64,000 nucleotides of DNA, from positions 1 through 64,000 of the forward strand of contig CAVWCX010000034.1 in assembly GCA_963753595.1 (NCBI GenBank). The letters are read 5' to 3'. Below are positions 41,120 through 50,812 of the stretch, piece by piece. The DNA comes from Candidatus Methanoperedenaceae archaeon (lineage in GTDB: Archaea; Halobacteriota; Methanosarcinia; Methanosarcinales; Methanoperedenaceae). The notes under the pieces are model-generated. The model worked only from the letters and a program-made list of their open reading frames with translations, was not told the origin of the DNA and did not search any database. How positions within the stretch are numbered: position 1 is the first letter of the stretch; every line of letters starts with the position of its first letter. Made by a program: the position numbers and the translations under genes.

Positions 41120-42170
41120 ATTGTTCACCCGCCTGGTAACAAAATCACTCCGGGTAAGAAGAGAGCGCCTCTTGATATCTATAATTGCAATAATGCTTGG
41201 TGCTGCCATGGTGGCTTCATTGCTTACTATCTCCCTGGATATAAGGGAGAAGATGGGTAAGGAACTTAGAAGCTATGGAGCCAATATAGTTGTCCTTCCA
41301 GGCGAAGGAGAATATATCAACCAGTTCAATGCCACGCATAATTCTATTATAGGTTCTGTCCCTTTTCTTTATTTCAAAGCCGATGTCAATGCAAAAAATA
41401 TGGATTTTGCAGGGGCAGACCTTGAAGCAGCCAGAAAAATGAACCCGTGGTGGCATATTGAAGGGGCACTTCCGAAACAGCAAGAGGTGCTGCCGGGCAT
41501 TAATGCTGCAAAAAAACTTGGGCTTAAAATCGGTGATCCTCTAATCGTAGGGGAGAAATCTTTTAAAGTCTCAGGTATCCTGGATACAGGCACATCTGAT
41601 GATAACAGGATTTTCATCACTATGGAAGCTGGAGAGCAGATATCAGGCAAGAGTGGGGCTATATTGGTACAGGTGAGTGTTCTTGGGGATATCGATGAAG
41701 TAATCAGGTATCTTGAAAATGAAGGCTATAAAGTAAAGAAGATCCGGCAGGTGGCCGAGAGTGAGAAAGCTCTTCTTGATAAAACCCAGCTTTTAATCTC
41801 CCTTGTGGCCTTTTTTGTCCTTTTGGCATCGAGCCTCACCCTCTTTAGCACAATGGTAACAAGCGTGCTTGAGCGAAGCCGGGAGATAGGACTCATGAAA
41901 GCGCTTGGCTGCGGAAATGGCAGGCTTGCAGCCATGTTTCTTGCCGAGGCAGGGGCGATGGGCGCAGCAGGCGGCATCCCCGGATATTTTGTCGGGCTTT
42001 TACTTTCGCAATTCATAGGAATGGAGATATTTGATATTCAGGTGTCGATAAAGCCTGAAGTGTTCGTTCTCACCGTTTTGATCTCGATATTGGTCGCAGC
42101 AGTCGCAAGTCTTCTGCCCATCAGGCGTGCAATTTCAATCGATCCTGTCATAATACTAAGAGGTGAATAA
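41112..42170 (+). CDS. ABC transporter permease (FtsX/MacB type)
   Basis: KELRSYGANI, ERSREIGLMKALG; paralogue of the upstream gene. Confidence 0.92.
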   Translation: MIKLFTRLVTKSLRVRRERLLISIIAIMLGAAMVASLLTISLDIREKMGKELRSYGANIVVLPGEGEYINQFNATHNSIIGSVPFLYFKADVNAKNMDFAGADLEAARKMNPWWHIEGALPKQQEVLPGINAAKKLGLKIGDPLIVGEKSFKVSGILDTGTSDDNRIFITMEAGEQISGKSGAILVQVSVLGDIDEVIRYLENEGYKVKKIRQVAESEKALLDKTQLLISLVAFFVLLASSLTLFSTMVTSVLERSREIGLMKALGCGNGRLAAMFLAEAGAMGAAGGIPGYFVGLLLSQFIGMEIFDIQVSIKPEVFVLTVLISILVAAVASLLPIRRAISIDPVIILRGE

Positions 42171-42172
42171 AA

Positions 42173-42814
42173 ATGATAATCGCAAAAAATCTTGTCAAAA
42201 AATACGATACCACATGTGCATTGAAAGATGCCAGTTTCACTATTGAAAAAGGAGAATGGGCTAATATAATGGGGCCTTCAGGCAGCGGAAAAACCACGCT
42301 TTTGAACCTGATAGGCTGCCTCGATTCCCCGACAAGCGGTTCTTTGCTGGTGAATGGAATTGAAACGACAAAGCTTAACCAGAAGGAGAGAACGCGTTTT
42401 CGGCGCGAGAACATTGGTCTTGTTTTCCAGCAGTTCCACATGATACCACACCTTACCGCAATTGAGAATGTTATGATAGCCCAGTACTTCCACAGCATCG
42501 AGGATGAGAAAGAAGCAGGAGAAGCCCTTATACGCGTTGGCATGGGGCACAGGCTGCATCATTTGCCCTCCCAGCTTTCTGGCGGGGAACAGCAGCGTGT
42601 ATGCATAGCGAGGGCGCTGATAAACCAGCCCCAGATAATATTAGCGGACGAACCCACAGGAAACCTCGATAAAACTAATGAAGAAGCTGTTCTTGATATA
42701 TTCAGGGAACTCCACAGCGAAGGGAGAACGATAGTGATCGTAACCCACAACCCTGAGATAGGTGAAATAGGGGATAAAATAATACGAATATCACACGGTG
42801 AAGTAAAGTATTAA
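42173..42814 (+). CDS. ABC transporter ATP-binding protein
   Basis: GPSGSGKT, LSGGEQQR, ADEPTGNLD. Confidence 0.95.
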   Translation: MIIAKNLVKKYDTTCALKDASFTIEKGEWANIMGPSGSGKTTLLNLIGCLDSPTSGSLLVNGIETTKLNQKERTRFRRENIGLVFQQFHMIPHLTAIENVMIAQYFHSIEDEKEAGEALIRVGMGHRLHHLPSQLSGGEQQRVCIARALINQPQIILADEPTGNLDKTNEEAVLDIFRELHSEGRTIVIVTHNPEIGEIGDKIIRISHGEVKY

Positions 42815-42906
42815 TTATATTGGAACCTTATGATTAATCCGGAGTTCAAACGCGCTGCTGTTAAAGGTCAATTTCAAACCTGAAAGCCAAGAGGTAAATC
42901 CGCTTT

Positions 42907-43410
42907 CTATTTGATCTTGACAAAAATCTTCTTCCTCGTTACGGGAATTAATTTTTTCCATTCGATTGTGCAGTCTTTTTCTATCTTAAAATCCTCAGTT
43001 GTTGAATTTGGTGAGTTCCCGTTAACTTCATAGAGATAAAGCCCATCTTCTCCATCGATAGCCATAACAAACTCTTTGCCGCCAACCGTTTTTAATTCTA
43101 CCCCGGATACTTTTCTCAGGGCTTCCAGAATACTGGCACCTTTTTGCAGATCAATCGTGTGTGAGTCGGCAAGCTCATCAAGCATACCATACATGTTTTT
43201 TATTTTACTGCCAAGCACATGGGTTTTGCCAAACTTTCTTATTTCAATTAAATTTGCTCTCTCCAGAAGTTTAGCATGTTTAGCCACTACCGGAACCGAG
43301 AGATTTAATTCTTTTGCAATACCTGTGATATGCATTTCTTTCTTAGCCAATATTCTCAGCATTTTCAATCGCGTAGTACTGCTGAGTGCTTTAAAAATAT
43401 CGTTAGCCAT
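42907..43410 (-). CDS. ArsR-type HTH regulator with C-terminal DUF4430/transcobalamin-beta-like domain
   Basis: IFKALSSTTRLKML HTH; GASILEAL...FVMAIDG...YLYEVNG...IEW; start moved to ATG 43410. Confidence 0.8.
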   Translation of the reverse strand: MANDIFKALSSTTRLKMLRILAKKEMHITGIAKELNLSVPVVAKHAKLLERANLIEIRKFGKTHVLGSKIKNMYGMLDELADSHTIDLQKGASILEALRKVSGVELKTVGGKEFVMAIDGEDGLYLYEVNGNSPNSTTEDFKIEKDCTIEWKKLIPVTRKKIFVKIK

Positions 43411-43488
43411 ATGGATAACAACTATTGCTTGAAATGTTAAATATTTTATCTCTTGTGTGATTATCCAGGTTAATTGTGAGGTATAATA

Positions 43489-43692
43489 ATGACAGAAATG
43501 AGCAGTGAATACAGATATGTACATAAGTATCGATATGAATTGGACTATGCAATGCTCGCAAAGCTTGCTATAATTTTTCTTACCATCGCCCTTGCGATCT
43601 ACATTATAGGATTTTCAAACTTTGAAAGCTTTCCAGCACTCCACGAGGGATTTCATGACCTACGCCACGCAGCAGGCTTCCCCTGCCATTAA
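43489..43692 (+). CDS. cbtB: Cobalt transporter subunit CbtB
   Basis: One TM followed by HEGFHDLRHAAGFPCH. Confidence 0.92.
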   Translation: MTEMSSEYRYVHKYRYELDYAMLAKLAIIFLTIALAIYIIGFSNFESFPALHEGFHDLRHAAGFPCH

Positions 43693-44410
43693 AGGCTCAC
43701 TGGATTTTTTATCAATTCTGAAAGCAGGAATTGTAACAGGTATGGTTGCAGGCACAGCCCTCGGAGGACTTCTCCTTTTGTTCCTGACGCCAATCATATT
43801 GGAAGCAGAAACTTACGAAATCCAGATACCTGATTTCCATCCATTAATTCCAAGGAATATTGTTCACTTCTGGACATTCGCTGGAGCAATAATGCTTGGA
43901 ATCCTCTATTCTATAATATTCACTTTCGTGTATACTATGGTTCAACACAGGATTCCGGTAAAAAACGCTGAGTTTAAAAGTCTGATTATGGCTTTAAACG
44001 GTTTTTTAGTAGCGGTGCTTGTCCCTTCTCTCTATCTGCCGCCTAACCCGCCTGGCATGGAGACCTCGCTGTCTGTGATGACAAGGCAGAGCATCTTTAT
44101 CGCTATGATCATTGCTGGTATTCTTGCTTCAATAGCCTTCTGGATTATTTATTCACGTTTATCCCGGAAATATAATCCCATGTCCGGGCTTTCAATAGGA
44201 GCAATTGCCTTTGTCGTCATAATTATCACTGCATTCTTATTGTTTCCCCCTAATTCCAACATACCTTCAATTCCTTCAGATTTACTATGGAAATACAGGG
44301 TCGAGAGCCTTGGAGCTATGTTTACTTTCTGGGTAACTATGGGAGTAATGGTTAATACCATGCTGGAATATTTTAGACCACACTTTAGGACTTCAGAAAA
44401 ATTGCATTGA
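43655..44410 (+). CDS. cbtA: Cobalt transporter subunit CbtA
   Basis: PIILEAETYE, PSLYLPPNPPG, PSDLLWKYRVES; start uncertain. Confidence 0.9.
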   Translation: MTYATQQASPAIKGSLDFLSILKAGIVTGMVAGTALGGLLLLFLTPIILEAETYEIQIPDFHPLIPRNIVHFWTFAGAIMLGILYSIIFTFVYTMVQHRIPVKNAEFKSLIMALNGFLVAVLVPSLYLPPNPPGMETSLSVMTRQSIFIAMIIAGILASIAFWIIYSRLSRKYNPMSGLSIGAIAFVVIIITAFLLFPPNSNIPSIPSDLLWKYRVESLGAMFTFWVTMGVMVNTMLEYFRPHFRTSEKLH

Positions 44411-44448
44411 CCGATTAAATACTTCAGTTACTTCGTTTATCCGCCCCC

Positions 44449-44506
44449 GATAGGTGAAATAGGGGACAAAATAATCCGGATATCCCATGGTGAAGTAAAG
44501 TATTAG
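44449..44506 (+). repeat. Orphan 58-bp copy of the ABC ATPase 3' end (42757-42814)
   Basis: 52/58 identical; both encode IGEIGDKIIRISHGEVKY-stop. Confidence 0.92.
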
Positions 44507-44533
44507 TCATCATGAAACCTACTGAAATCATAG

Positions 44534-45190
44534 ATGACAAAAGAATCCCCAAGGATAGAAGAATATCTGGAGTATATATATAAACTCCAGGAGATGCATG
44601 AATCTGCCACCACCTCGAAATTAGCCCAACGCCTGGAGTTAGCCCCTTCATCCGTTTCCGAGATGCTAAAGCAGCTTGAACAGAAGGGACTTGTGGAATA
44701 CGCTGATAAAGGAGTCGTATTGACAAAAGAAGGTGAACTTAAAGCCAGGAAAGTAATAAGAAAACATCGCCTCTCAGAGCGCCTGCTTACGGATATTCTG
44801 GGTTTTGAATGGGATAAAGTACATGAGGAGGCATGCAGGCTTGAACACGATATAAGTCCTGAGATGGAGGAAAAAATCGAAGAGAAACTTGGCAATCCCA
44901 GAACATGCCCGCATGGTTATCCAATACCTGATAAAAATGGTTTTATAGCCCATGATAATACTGTAAAGCTTTCAGAACTCAAAGCAAATGAAAAAGGAGT
45001 TATTATAAGCGTCTTTGAAGAGAACTCTGAGATGTTGCAGTATCTGGGGAGCCTTGGTTTATATCCTGAGATAGAAGTGGAAATAAAGAGTGTCGCTCCT
45101 TTCGGAGGACCGATCCTTATCAGGGTGACAGGGTCGGAAAAATCAGTTGGAAAGGAACTCGCAGAAAAGATAATGGTGCAAAGGAAATAA
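44534..45190 (+). CDS. DtxR/IdeR-family metal-dependent repressor with FeoA domain
   Basis: EEYLEYIY, RKHRLSERLL, EACRLEH, TCPHGYPIP. Confidence 0.95.
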   Translation: MTKESPRIEEYLEYIYKLQEMHESATTSKLAQRLELAPSSVSEMLKQLEQKGLVEYADKGVVLTKEGELKARKVIRKHRLSERLLTDILGFEWDKVHEEACRLEHDISPEMEEKIEEKLGNPRTCPHGYPIPDKNGFIAHDNTVKLSELKANEKGVIISVFEENSEMLQYLGSLGLYPEIEVEIKSVAPFGGPILIRVTGSEKSVGKELAEKIMVQRK

Positions 45191-45192
45191 AG

Positions 45193-45594
45193 TTATGCAG
45201 ATTGAGCGGTGATAGTAACGAGGGCACTTATCTGTTCCAGTCCATGACCTGACTCTGGCGGCTGCTGCCCGGTGAGCCATTTCTCTCCCCAGGCTTTTAC
45301 CTCCTGCATTAACTTTCTTAAATCCTCGCCCTTCCGGGTAAGTACATATTCTGTTGTTTCGGGCTGATCCAGAGTTGTCTTTTTTTCGATAATACCGTTT
45401 TTTTGAAGTTCGGATAAATTCTGAGTAAGAACCTTGGAAGAAATCCCTGGAATGCAGGTTTTCAATTCATTGAACCTTTTTGGTGATTTCATTAAATTAT
45501 AGGTGATAACAAGCGACCACTTATTCCCTATTGTATATATCGATTCTACTACAGGACATATCTCTTTTTGTGAAGTTGATGTACCGGGGGTCAC
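45193..45594 (-). CDS. HxlR-family regulator
   Basis: CPVVES...IGNKWSL...KRFNEL...GISSKVL. Confidence 0.92.
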   Translation of the reverse strand: MTPGTSTSQKEICPVVESIYTIGNKWSLVITYNLMKSPKRFNELKTCIPGISSKVLTQNLSELQKNGIIEKKTTLDQPETTEYVLTRKGEDLRKLMQEVKAWGEKWLTGQQPPESGHGLEQISALVTITAQSA

Positions 45595-45629
45595 AATCCG
45601 GTGTATATCATTGTTATATAATATATCTT

Positions 45630-45678
45630 TGGTCTTTTTACATGATGGTCTTTTTACATGAGGTTACCTGTTGGTAAC
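45630..45678. promoter_or_regulatory. 16-bp tandem duplication plus GTTACC-N4-GGTAAC operator
   Basis: TGGTCTTTTTACATGA twice (45630-45661); inverted repeat at 45663-45678 between hxlR and the doxX unit. Confidence 0.6.
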
Positions 45679-45730
45679 TTTAATTTTAAATATAATATAA
45701 TAATTAATAAGGGATTTGAGGTTTTAAAAT

Positions 45731-45862
45731 ATGAGTTTTGACAAAGAAAAAATAAAAACAGCAATCAATGCTGTAAACGATGCATGCCTGCACTGCGGCA
45801 GCAGCCACACCAATGAATGCCCTGTAAGTATGGCAAGGCAGGCTTTGAAATCCGTGGAGTGA
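45731..45862 (+). CDS. 43-aa Cys/His peptide (not in ORF track)
   Basis: MSFDKEKIKTAINAVNDACLHCGSSHTNECPVSMARQALKSVE; GAGGT RBS; 5 nt before doxX. Confidence 0.7.
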   Translation: MSFDKEKIKTAINAVNDACLHCGSSHTNECPVSMARQALKSVE

Positions 45863-45867
45863 GCCAG

Positions 45868-46311
45868 ATGTCGGAAAAAACGCAAAATTTCAGCCTGGTA
45901 TTTCTGCGTGCGGCCCTGGGCGTAATCTTTTTCGCCCACGGCTCCCAGAAGCTTCTTGGCTGGTACGATGGTTTTGATGCGACCGTCCAGTTCTTCCAGC
46001 AGATGGGCATACCGCCAGCTCTTGGCGCGCTTGCGATCCTTGCTGAATTCTTCGGAGGACTCATGGTACTCCTCGGGTTCTTCACACGCATCGGTGCGGC
46101 AGGCATATCTGTAACCATGGTTGTAGCGCTGTTCACGGTCCACCTTTCCCAGGGATTTTTCATAGCAGGCGATAAGATCGGTTATGAATATGTATTCGCG
46201 CTGCTTTTGATGGCATTATATCTTGTGATAAACGGTGCAGGCGAACTGTCGGTAGATAAATATATCAGGGAAAAAACAGGAAGCGGTTTTATCGGGAAAT
46301 TACTATCCTGA
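45868..46311 (+). CDS. DoxX-family membrane protein
   Basis: LRAALGVIFFAHGSQKL, EFFGG...GFFTR, GYEY, GAGELSVD. Confidence 0.93.
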   Translation: MSEKTQNFSLVFLRAALGVIFFAHGSQKLLGWYDGFDATVQFFQQMGIPPALGALAILAEFFGGLMVLLGFFTRIGAAGISVTMVVALFTVHLSQGFFIAGDKIGYEYVFALLLMALYLVINGAGELSVDKYIREKTGSGFIGKLLS

Positions 46312-46342
46312 AAAACTACTCCACCTTTTTTATTTTTGTCGG

Positions 46343-47182
46343 CTAAACCCCAAAGACCATCGCCAACAAATTCCTTGCCCCCATCGAGAAACCAAGAACG
46401 ATCAACGTCAATGCCAGCATGTACTTCTCACCATTGTCCTGATCATCCCGGGAATCTTTTTCAAGCATCCAAACTATCACAAGTACCAGAATCAGGGACA
46501 GGGGGATAAGTATGGCTCCAGTTCCAAAAATGGAAGTAAGAAAGGAACTGAAAGGATGTTTGTTCGTGTAGCCTAACATATCCACACCAATATATGTTGT
46601 AAAAGAATCAAGTAAGAATGAAAATATCGCAAATGAATACATTTTGCTTCGAACGTATGTCATTCCAATCGCAGGCGATACTTTTTGGACAATCCAGGTA
46701 AGTATGAGAGCAGGCACAAGACTGTAAGCCAGGATGTTGATATTCAATTTAAAAGAACTATTGAAAATGAGGATAGCAACTCCTGCTAACGATAATGCAA
46801 CACCGGCAAGTGCGTATGCATAGATATGATCTTTTATTTTCTGAACCTTCTCAAGATATCTTGTGAGGAGAAGAGTACCGAAACATATCGCAAATATCAC
46901 GAAGTAAATAAGCGGCGTGATAAAAAAATATTTGACGGGCGGCTTCAGGAGATCCGCATCCTCGATTACCCGGAATACTGAACCCATGAAAATATAGGGG
47001 ATCGTGGCAATAACAAACTGCTCGTCAATCTTGATCCTTAATTTATTCAATAGTTTTTGAACAGCATATATTCCCACAAATAAAATAATGACATATGTGA
47101 TCATGTCAAAATGATTATAACTTGTATCGTTGATTAGACCTTCAATAAAATTCCGATTTATGAAATCAATAAATCCGCTCAT
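46343..47182 (-). CDS. DUF63-family membrane protein
   Basis: SYNHFDMITY, RVIEDA, FITPLIYF, LGFSMGARN. Confidence 0.85.
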   Translation of the reverse strand: MSGFIDFINRNFIEGLINDTSYNHFDMITYVIILFVGIYAVQKLLNKLRIKIDEQFVIATIPYIFMGSVFRVIEDADLLKPPVKYFFITPLIYFVIFAICFGTLLLTRYLEKVQKIKDHIYAYALAGVALSLAGVAILIFNSSFKLNINILAYSLVPALILTWIVQKVSPAIGMTYVRSKMYSFAIFSFLLDSFTTYIGVDMLGYTNKHPFSSFLTSIFGTGAILIPLSLILVLVIVWMLEKDSRDDQDNGEKYMLALTLIVLGFSMGARNLLAMVFGV

Positions 47183-47220
47183 TATTATCCTCCACCTGAA
47201 ATGTTAATACTTTAATATAT

Positions 47221-47863
47221 TCATTCAAGTTTCACCGCCCTGTATAAAGAGATAGTACCAAAAATAGACATGTATCTGTCAGTTTCGTTAATCTTCTCAA
47301 ACCCAGCATCATGGAACATTCCGGGCAATAAACCCTTTATATTGTCACCAGTTTCCTCTAACCTCCTCATAACAAGGGATATCAGGTACATAATGAAATT
47401 CTGCGGCTTTCCGAAGTCTGCAACATGCAGTTCTCCCCCGGTTTTAAGGACGCGGAACACTTCTTTTAAAGTTCTTTTCTTGTTCCCGCGGGTCAGGTGG
47501 TGGAGCATCAGGCTTGAAAAAATACGATCAAAATACTGATCAGGATAAGGAAGTTCAAAGGCCATTCCAGTATCCAATGGAATATCAAAACCTGACTCTG
47601 TAAATATTCGATCTGGCTAATTCAAGTATCTTCGGGTCTCCGTCAAGACCGATCACATCAGCATCGGGATAGGACTTCTTTATAAGGATTGTGAGCGTGG
47701 CTGTACCGCATCCAAGGTCAAGTATTCTTTTATCCTTCCCGATATTTGCATGCTGCACAAGACTATTTTTGATTTTGTTTTCAGGAATTGCCAATTTCAT
47801 CACCGGATCATAGAGGCGCGTGAGCATTCCAAAGCTAAGAGCTGGGACATATTTATCGTTCAT
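47221..47863 (-). pseudogene. Class I SAM methyltransferase with +1 frameshift
   Basis: ILDLGCGTA in 5' ORF, LPYPDQYFD...RVLKTGG in 3' ORF; removing one T near 47602-47604 gives ARSNITESGFDIPLDTGMAF. Confidence 0.85.
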
Positions 47864-47881
47864 TTGTTCATTTATCCTGTG

Positions 47882-48649
47882 TTACTTGTATTTAATTTTT
47901 TTATTGACGGCAAAAACATCGGGCGTCTGCCGTTTATATTCTTCATATCTCTCCCCAAAAGCCTCTATAGCTTCATTTTCTTCTCTTTTCGCCAGCCTGT
48001 AATACATTACCACAAGAACAGGCCACATGGCAAGCGTGATTATAGTGGGCCACTGGATGAGCAGCCCAATGGTCAGTACTATAAGACCCAGATATTGTGG
48101 ATGCCGGACATACCTGTAAATGCCGCCGGTCACAAGTTCACCGTAAGATGCGTGTATCATGCTCCAGCCTTTTGACATCAGGAATAAGCCAAGGAATATA
48201 ACAGCGCTGCTTGTCACCATCACAAGAGCCCATGCAGCTTCCATACTCATTAAACCTGCGCTGGAAATAAGCACTCCGAGCAGGTGCCCCTGTGCGTGTC
48301 CAAAAGAAAGGTTCAGCCCGAAAACCGAAGAGAGAACATATATCGTGAGCGGAAAGCCGTACATTTCTGAGAACAGGGCAATTATGAACGCTTCATATAT
48401 CCCCAGGGTGCGCCAGTTCTGCTTTTTCAGCGGGGTAAGGAAGCTGAGCACAAAAACCGAAAAAATCCCGACGCTAATAATTGTTGCTGCCCAGTTGCCA
48501 TAAGCGTATCCTGTCAGGTCATGATGGTCTCCACCTTCGATATTTTCAGGCTTTTCAAAACCCAGGAGAACTGAAAGACCTGAGATTAAAACCAGTACCA
48601 TGAGCGTAATAAATCCAAGCGAGATAAGATTGTAAAAGAATTTTCTCAT
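47882..48649 (-). CDS. Isoprenylcysteine carboxyl methyltransferase-family protein
   Basis: ALFSEMYGFPLTIY, LVTGGIYRYVRHPQYLG, LAKREE. Confidence 0.9.
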   Translation of the reverse strand: MRKFFYNLISLGFITLMVLVLISGLSVLLGFEKPENIEGGDHHDLTGYAYGNWAATIISVGIFSVFVLSFLTPLKKQNWRTLGIYEAFIIALFSEMYGFPLTIYVLSSVFGLNLSFGHAQGHLLGVLISSAGLMSMEAAWALVMVTSSAVIFLGLFLMSKGWSMIHASYGELVTGGIYRYVRHPQYLGLIVLTIGLLIQWPTIITLAMWPVLVVMYYRLAKREENEAIEAFGERYEEYKRQTPDVFAVNKKIKYK

Positions 48650-48651
48650 TA

Positions 48652-49161
48652 TTATCCTCCTATGCTTTTTACTGCTTCATCGATGAGCCTTGAGCGGTAT
48701 GTACTGTCGGGGTTGTTTACAGCAATCCATATCACAAGATTGTTTTTCGAGTAATAGTAATGATACTCGCCCCCGCCCTGGGTATAGTATATTTTCAGTT
48801 CGTTCATTTCCAGGACTTCAGGAATGCCAAACATTCCACCCATTCCCTTTGTCATGTTAACTACCTTTTCGACTGCTCTCTTTTCCGTGTCTGCTGATGT
48901 TAAGGATATGGTTGCCCTGTTTCCTTCGCTGTTCCTGTAGCGGGCTATGTGCGCCTGGTCCGGGCTGATATTATCCTTTGCAGAGTGCGAGTTTTGTATC
49001 TCACGGACTGCCACTTCACCTTCCCTGTGGAGTTTAAGTTCCATGTCCCCGAGTTTTTCCGGAAAAAATGTCTCCTGGGTTAAGTATAAGAATAACACCG
49101 AAGCAATAATAATTGCAACAAAACCAGTTATCAGAAAAATCCCATTTTTTTTATGTTTCAT
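48652..49161 (-). CDS. Membrane-anchored hypothetical protein, paralogue 3
   Basis: N-terminal TM, FPEKLGDM motif, HYYYSK...WI. Confidence 0.8.
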   Translation of the reverse strand: MKHKKNGIFLITGFVAIIIASVLFLYLTQETFFPEKLGDMELKLHREGEVAVREIQNSHSAKDNISPDQAHIARYRNSEGNRATISLTSADTEKRAVEKVVNMTKGMGGMFGIPEVLEMNELKIYYTQGGGEYHYYYSKNNLVIWIAVNNPDSTYRSRLIDEAVKSIGG

Positions 49162-49165
49162 TGCG

Positions 49166-49693
49166 CTAAATCCGTTTTATAGACTCTTTCACGAAGTTAA
49201 GTCTGTAAGCTTCGTCAGGATTATCTACCTGTATCCAGAACACTCTTTTATCTTTGGCATAGAAATAATGATACGGGCCAACTTCCGGTTTTCCGCTGAC
49301 AAAATAAACAGTAATACCTTCTATGTTCATTGATGTGGAATCGCTGAACATGCCAGTCTTTCCCACCTTCAGGTTCATGGTCTCAAGAAGGGATGCTGCT
49401 TCTATGCTGCTTCTGGAAACCGAAACCCAGAATTTAGCTTTATTAGCGGGCGTACTCTTGTAGTTCGCAATATATGCATTCTCTATCTTTACATCCGGAT
49501 TATTGCCATGTAACCCTATTACCTCATTCATTGCAATTTCACCATCCCTGTAGAGTGCCATGTTCATATCGCCCAATTTTTCAGGGAACATGCCATAGGG
49601 ACTGTTCTGCGTCTGCTGATAGAGGAATGCAGTAATAGCTAAAACTGCGATTATGAATATTAAAAGATATATTTCCAATCTGTTTTTCTTCAT
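49166..49693 (-). CDS. Membrane-anchored hypothetical protein, paralogue 2
   Basis: N-terminal TM, FPEKLGDM motif, HYFYAK...WI. Confidence 0.8.
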   Translation of the reverse strand: MKKNRLEIYLLIFIIAVLAITAFLYQQTQNSPYGMFPEKLGDMNMALYRDGEIAMNEVIGLHGNNPDVKIENAYIANYKSTPANKAKFWVSVSRSSIEAASLLETMNLKVGKTGMFSDSTSMNIEGITVYFVSGKPEVGPYHYFYAKDKRVFWIQVDNPDEAYRLNFVKESIKRI

Positions 49694-49701
49694 AGTGTCA
49701 C

Positions 49702-50298
49702 CTATATGTCCATTACCGCCTGTTTCACAATTGACATCTGGTAGTCTAAATCAGGTGAATCAAAAATTATCCAGTAGACTCTCCCCATGTTGTAATTCAT
49801 TTTAAAATAATAGTAATTAATTGAATTATTTGTCCTCATCATATAAACATCCGGGATCGTAAACTCCATGATGTCAAGTTTTACAGGTTTAGTGAAAGAT
49901 TCATCCATCATGCCGGTATCGCCGTGCTGGTTATGGGTCTCTGACTGTCCCACATCACCTGAGTTTTCATGTTCTTCGTGTCCTGTTGAACCTCCGAGCA
50001 TGGAATTCATAGCCTTGAATGCATCGTTTGCGACATTATGATCCGGAGGTTCGGCGACCCACATCTGCATGGTGCCTTTTTTGCTCTTATACACTGCTGA
50101 ATAAGATTTTGCCAGTGGTATATTCTTCAATCCATTCATGCCCGATATCTGTTGTGCTACCGCATCGCCTGTTTCATATCCGGTCAACGTCATGTCGCCT
50201 ACTTTCTCTGTAAAAATGCTTTTTTTTGCACCTGATGAATATAGAAAAATTGCTGTAAGCACTAAAGACACAATGATTAAAATATAAACTTTTTTCAT
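49702..50298 (-). CDS. Membrane-anchored hypothetical protein, paralogue 1, with His/Met-rich insert
   Basis: FTEKVGDM motif; GHEEHE...HNQHGDTGMM; start at ATG 50298. Confidence 0.8.
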   Translation of the reverse strand: MKKVYILIIVSLVLTAIFLYSSGAKKSIFTEKVGDMTLTGYETGDAVAQQISGMNGLKNIPLAKSYSAVYKSKKGTMQMWVAEPPDHNVANDAFKAMNSMLGGSTGHEEHENSGDVGQSETHNQHGDTGMMDESFTKPVKLDIMEFTIPDVYMMRTNNSINYYYFKMNYNMGRVYWIIFDSPDLDYQMSIVKQAVMDI

Positions 50299-50308
50299 AT
50301 TATCTCCT

Positions 50309-50812
50309 TTAGACCGTAGATTTTTTGGCATGCTCGATAATTGCCCTGTCCTTCAGGATCGCCCTTGCAATATAAGCGCTCCCGATCATGTTTGCCAGCA
50401 ATCCTATTGTGATTATGGCATCTTTATACCGGATGAGGAATGAAGATGCGGCCAGGATAAAACCAACTGCGGGCAACAGATCGCTTACATGGTGCAGGCA
50501 GCAGGCTACCATCGTAAGAGATGAAGTTGCAGAACCGGCCATCCCCATTTTTTCTGAACCGCCTATATTTCCAGTAGTAATATTCCTGTGGTATCTGAAA
50601 AGCCCCATCTGGATTCCCACTGCCAGTGGGATCAGGTAAACAAATATGCCGTTCGATAGATAAACATCGTATCCTTTCTCAATCGAACCTTCTGCCAGGG
50701 ATGCAACAGAGATGTTGAAAAGTATTACAAGTATCCCTATGCCTGATCCGAAAATAAAAGGATTTCTCAGAAGGTTTTTGATACGCTGTATCCCGGACAT
50801 TTTATTTACCAT
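50309..50812 (-). CDS. Membrane protein with MVACCLHH motif
   Basis: Four TM segments, metal-ligand-rich motif. Confidence 0.8.
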   Translation of the reverse strand: MVNKMSGIQRIKNLLRNPFIFGSGIGILVILFNISVASLAEGSIEKGYDVYLSNGIFVYLIPLAVGIQMGLFRYHRNITTGNIGGSEKMGMAGSATSSLTMVACCLHHVSDLLPAVGFILAASSFLIRYKDAIITIGLLANMIGSAYIARAILKDRAIIEHAKKSTV

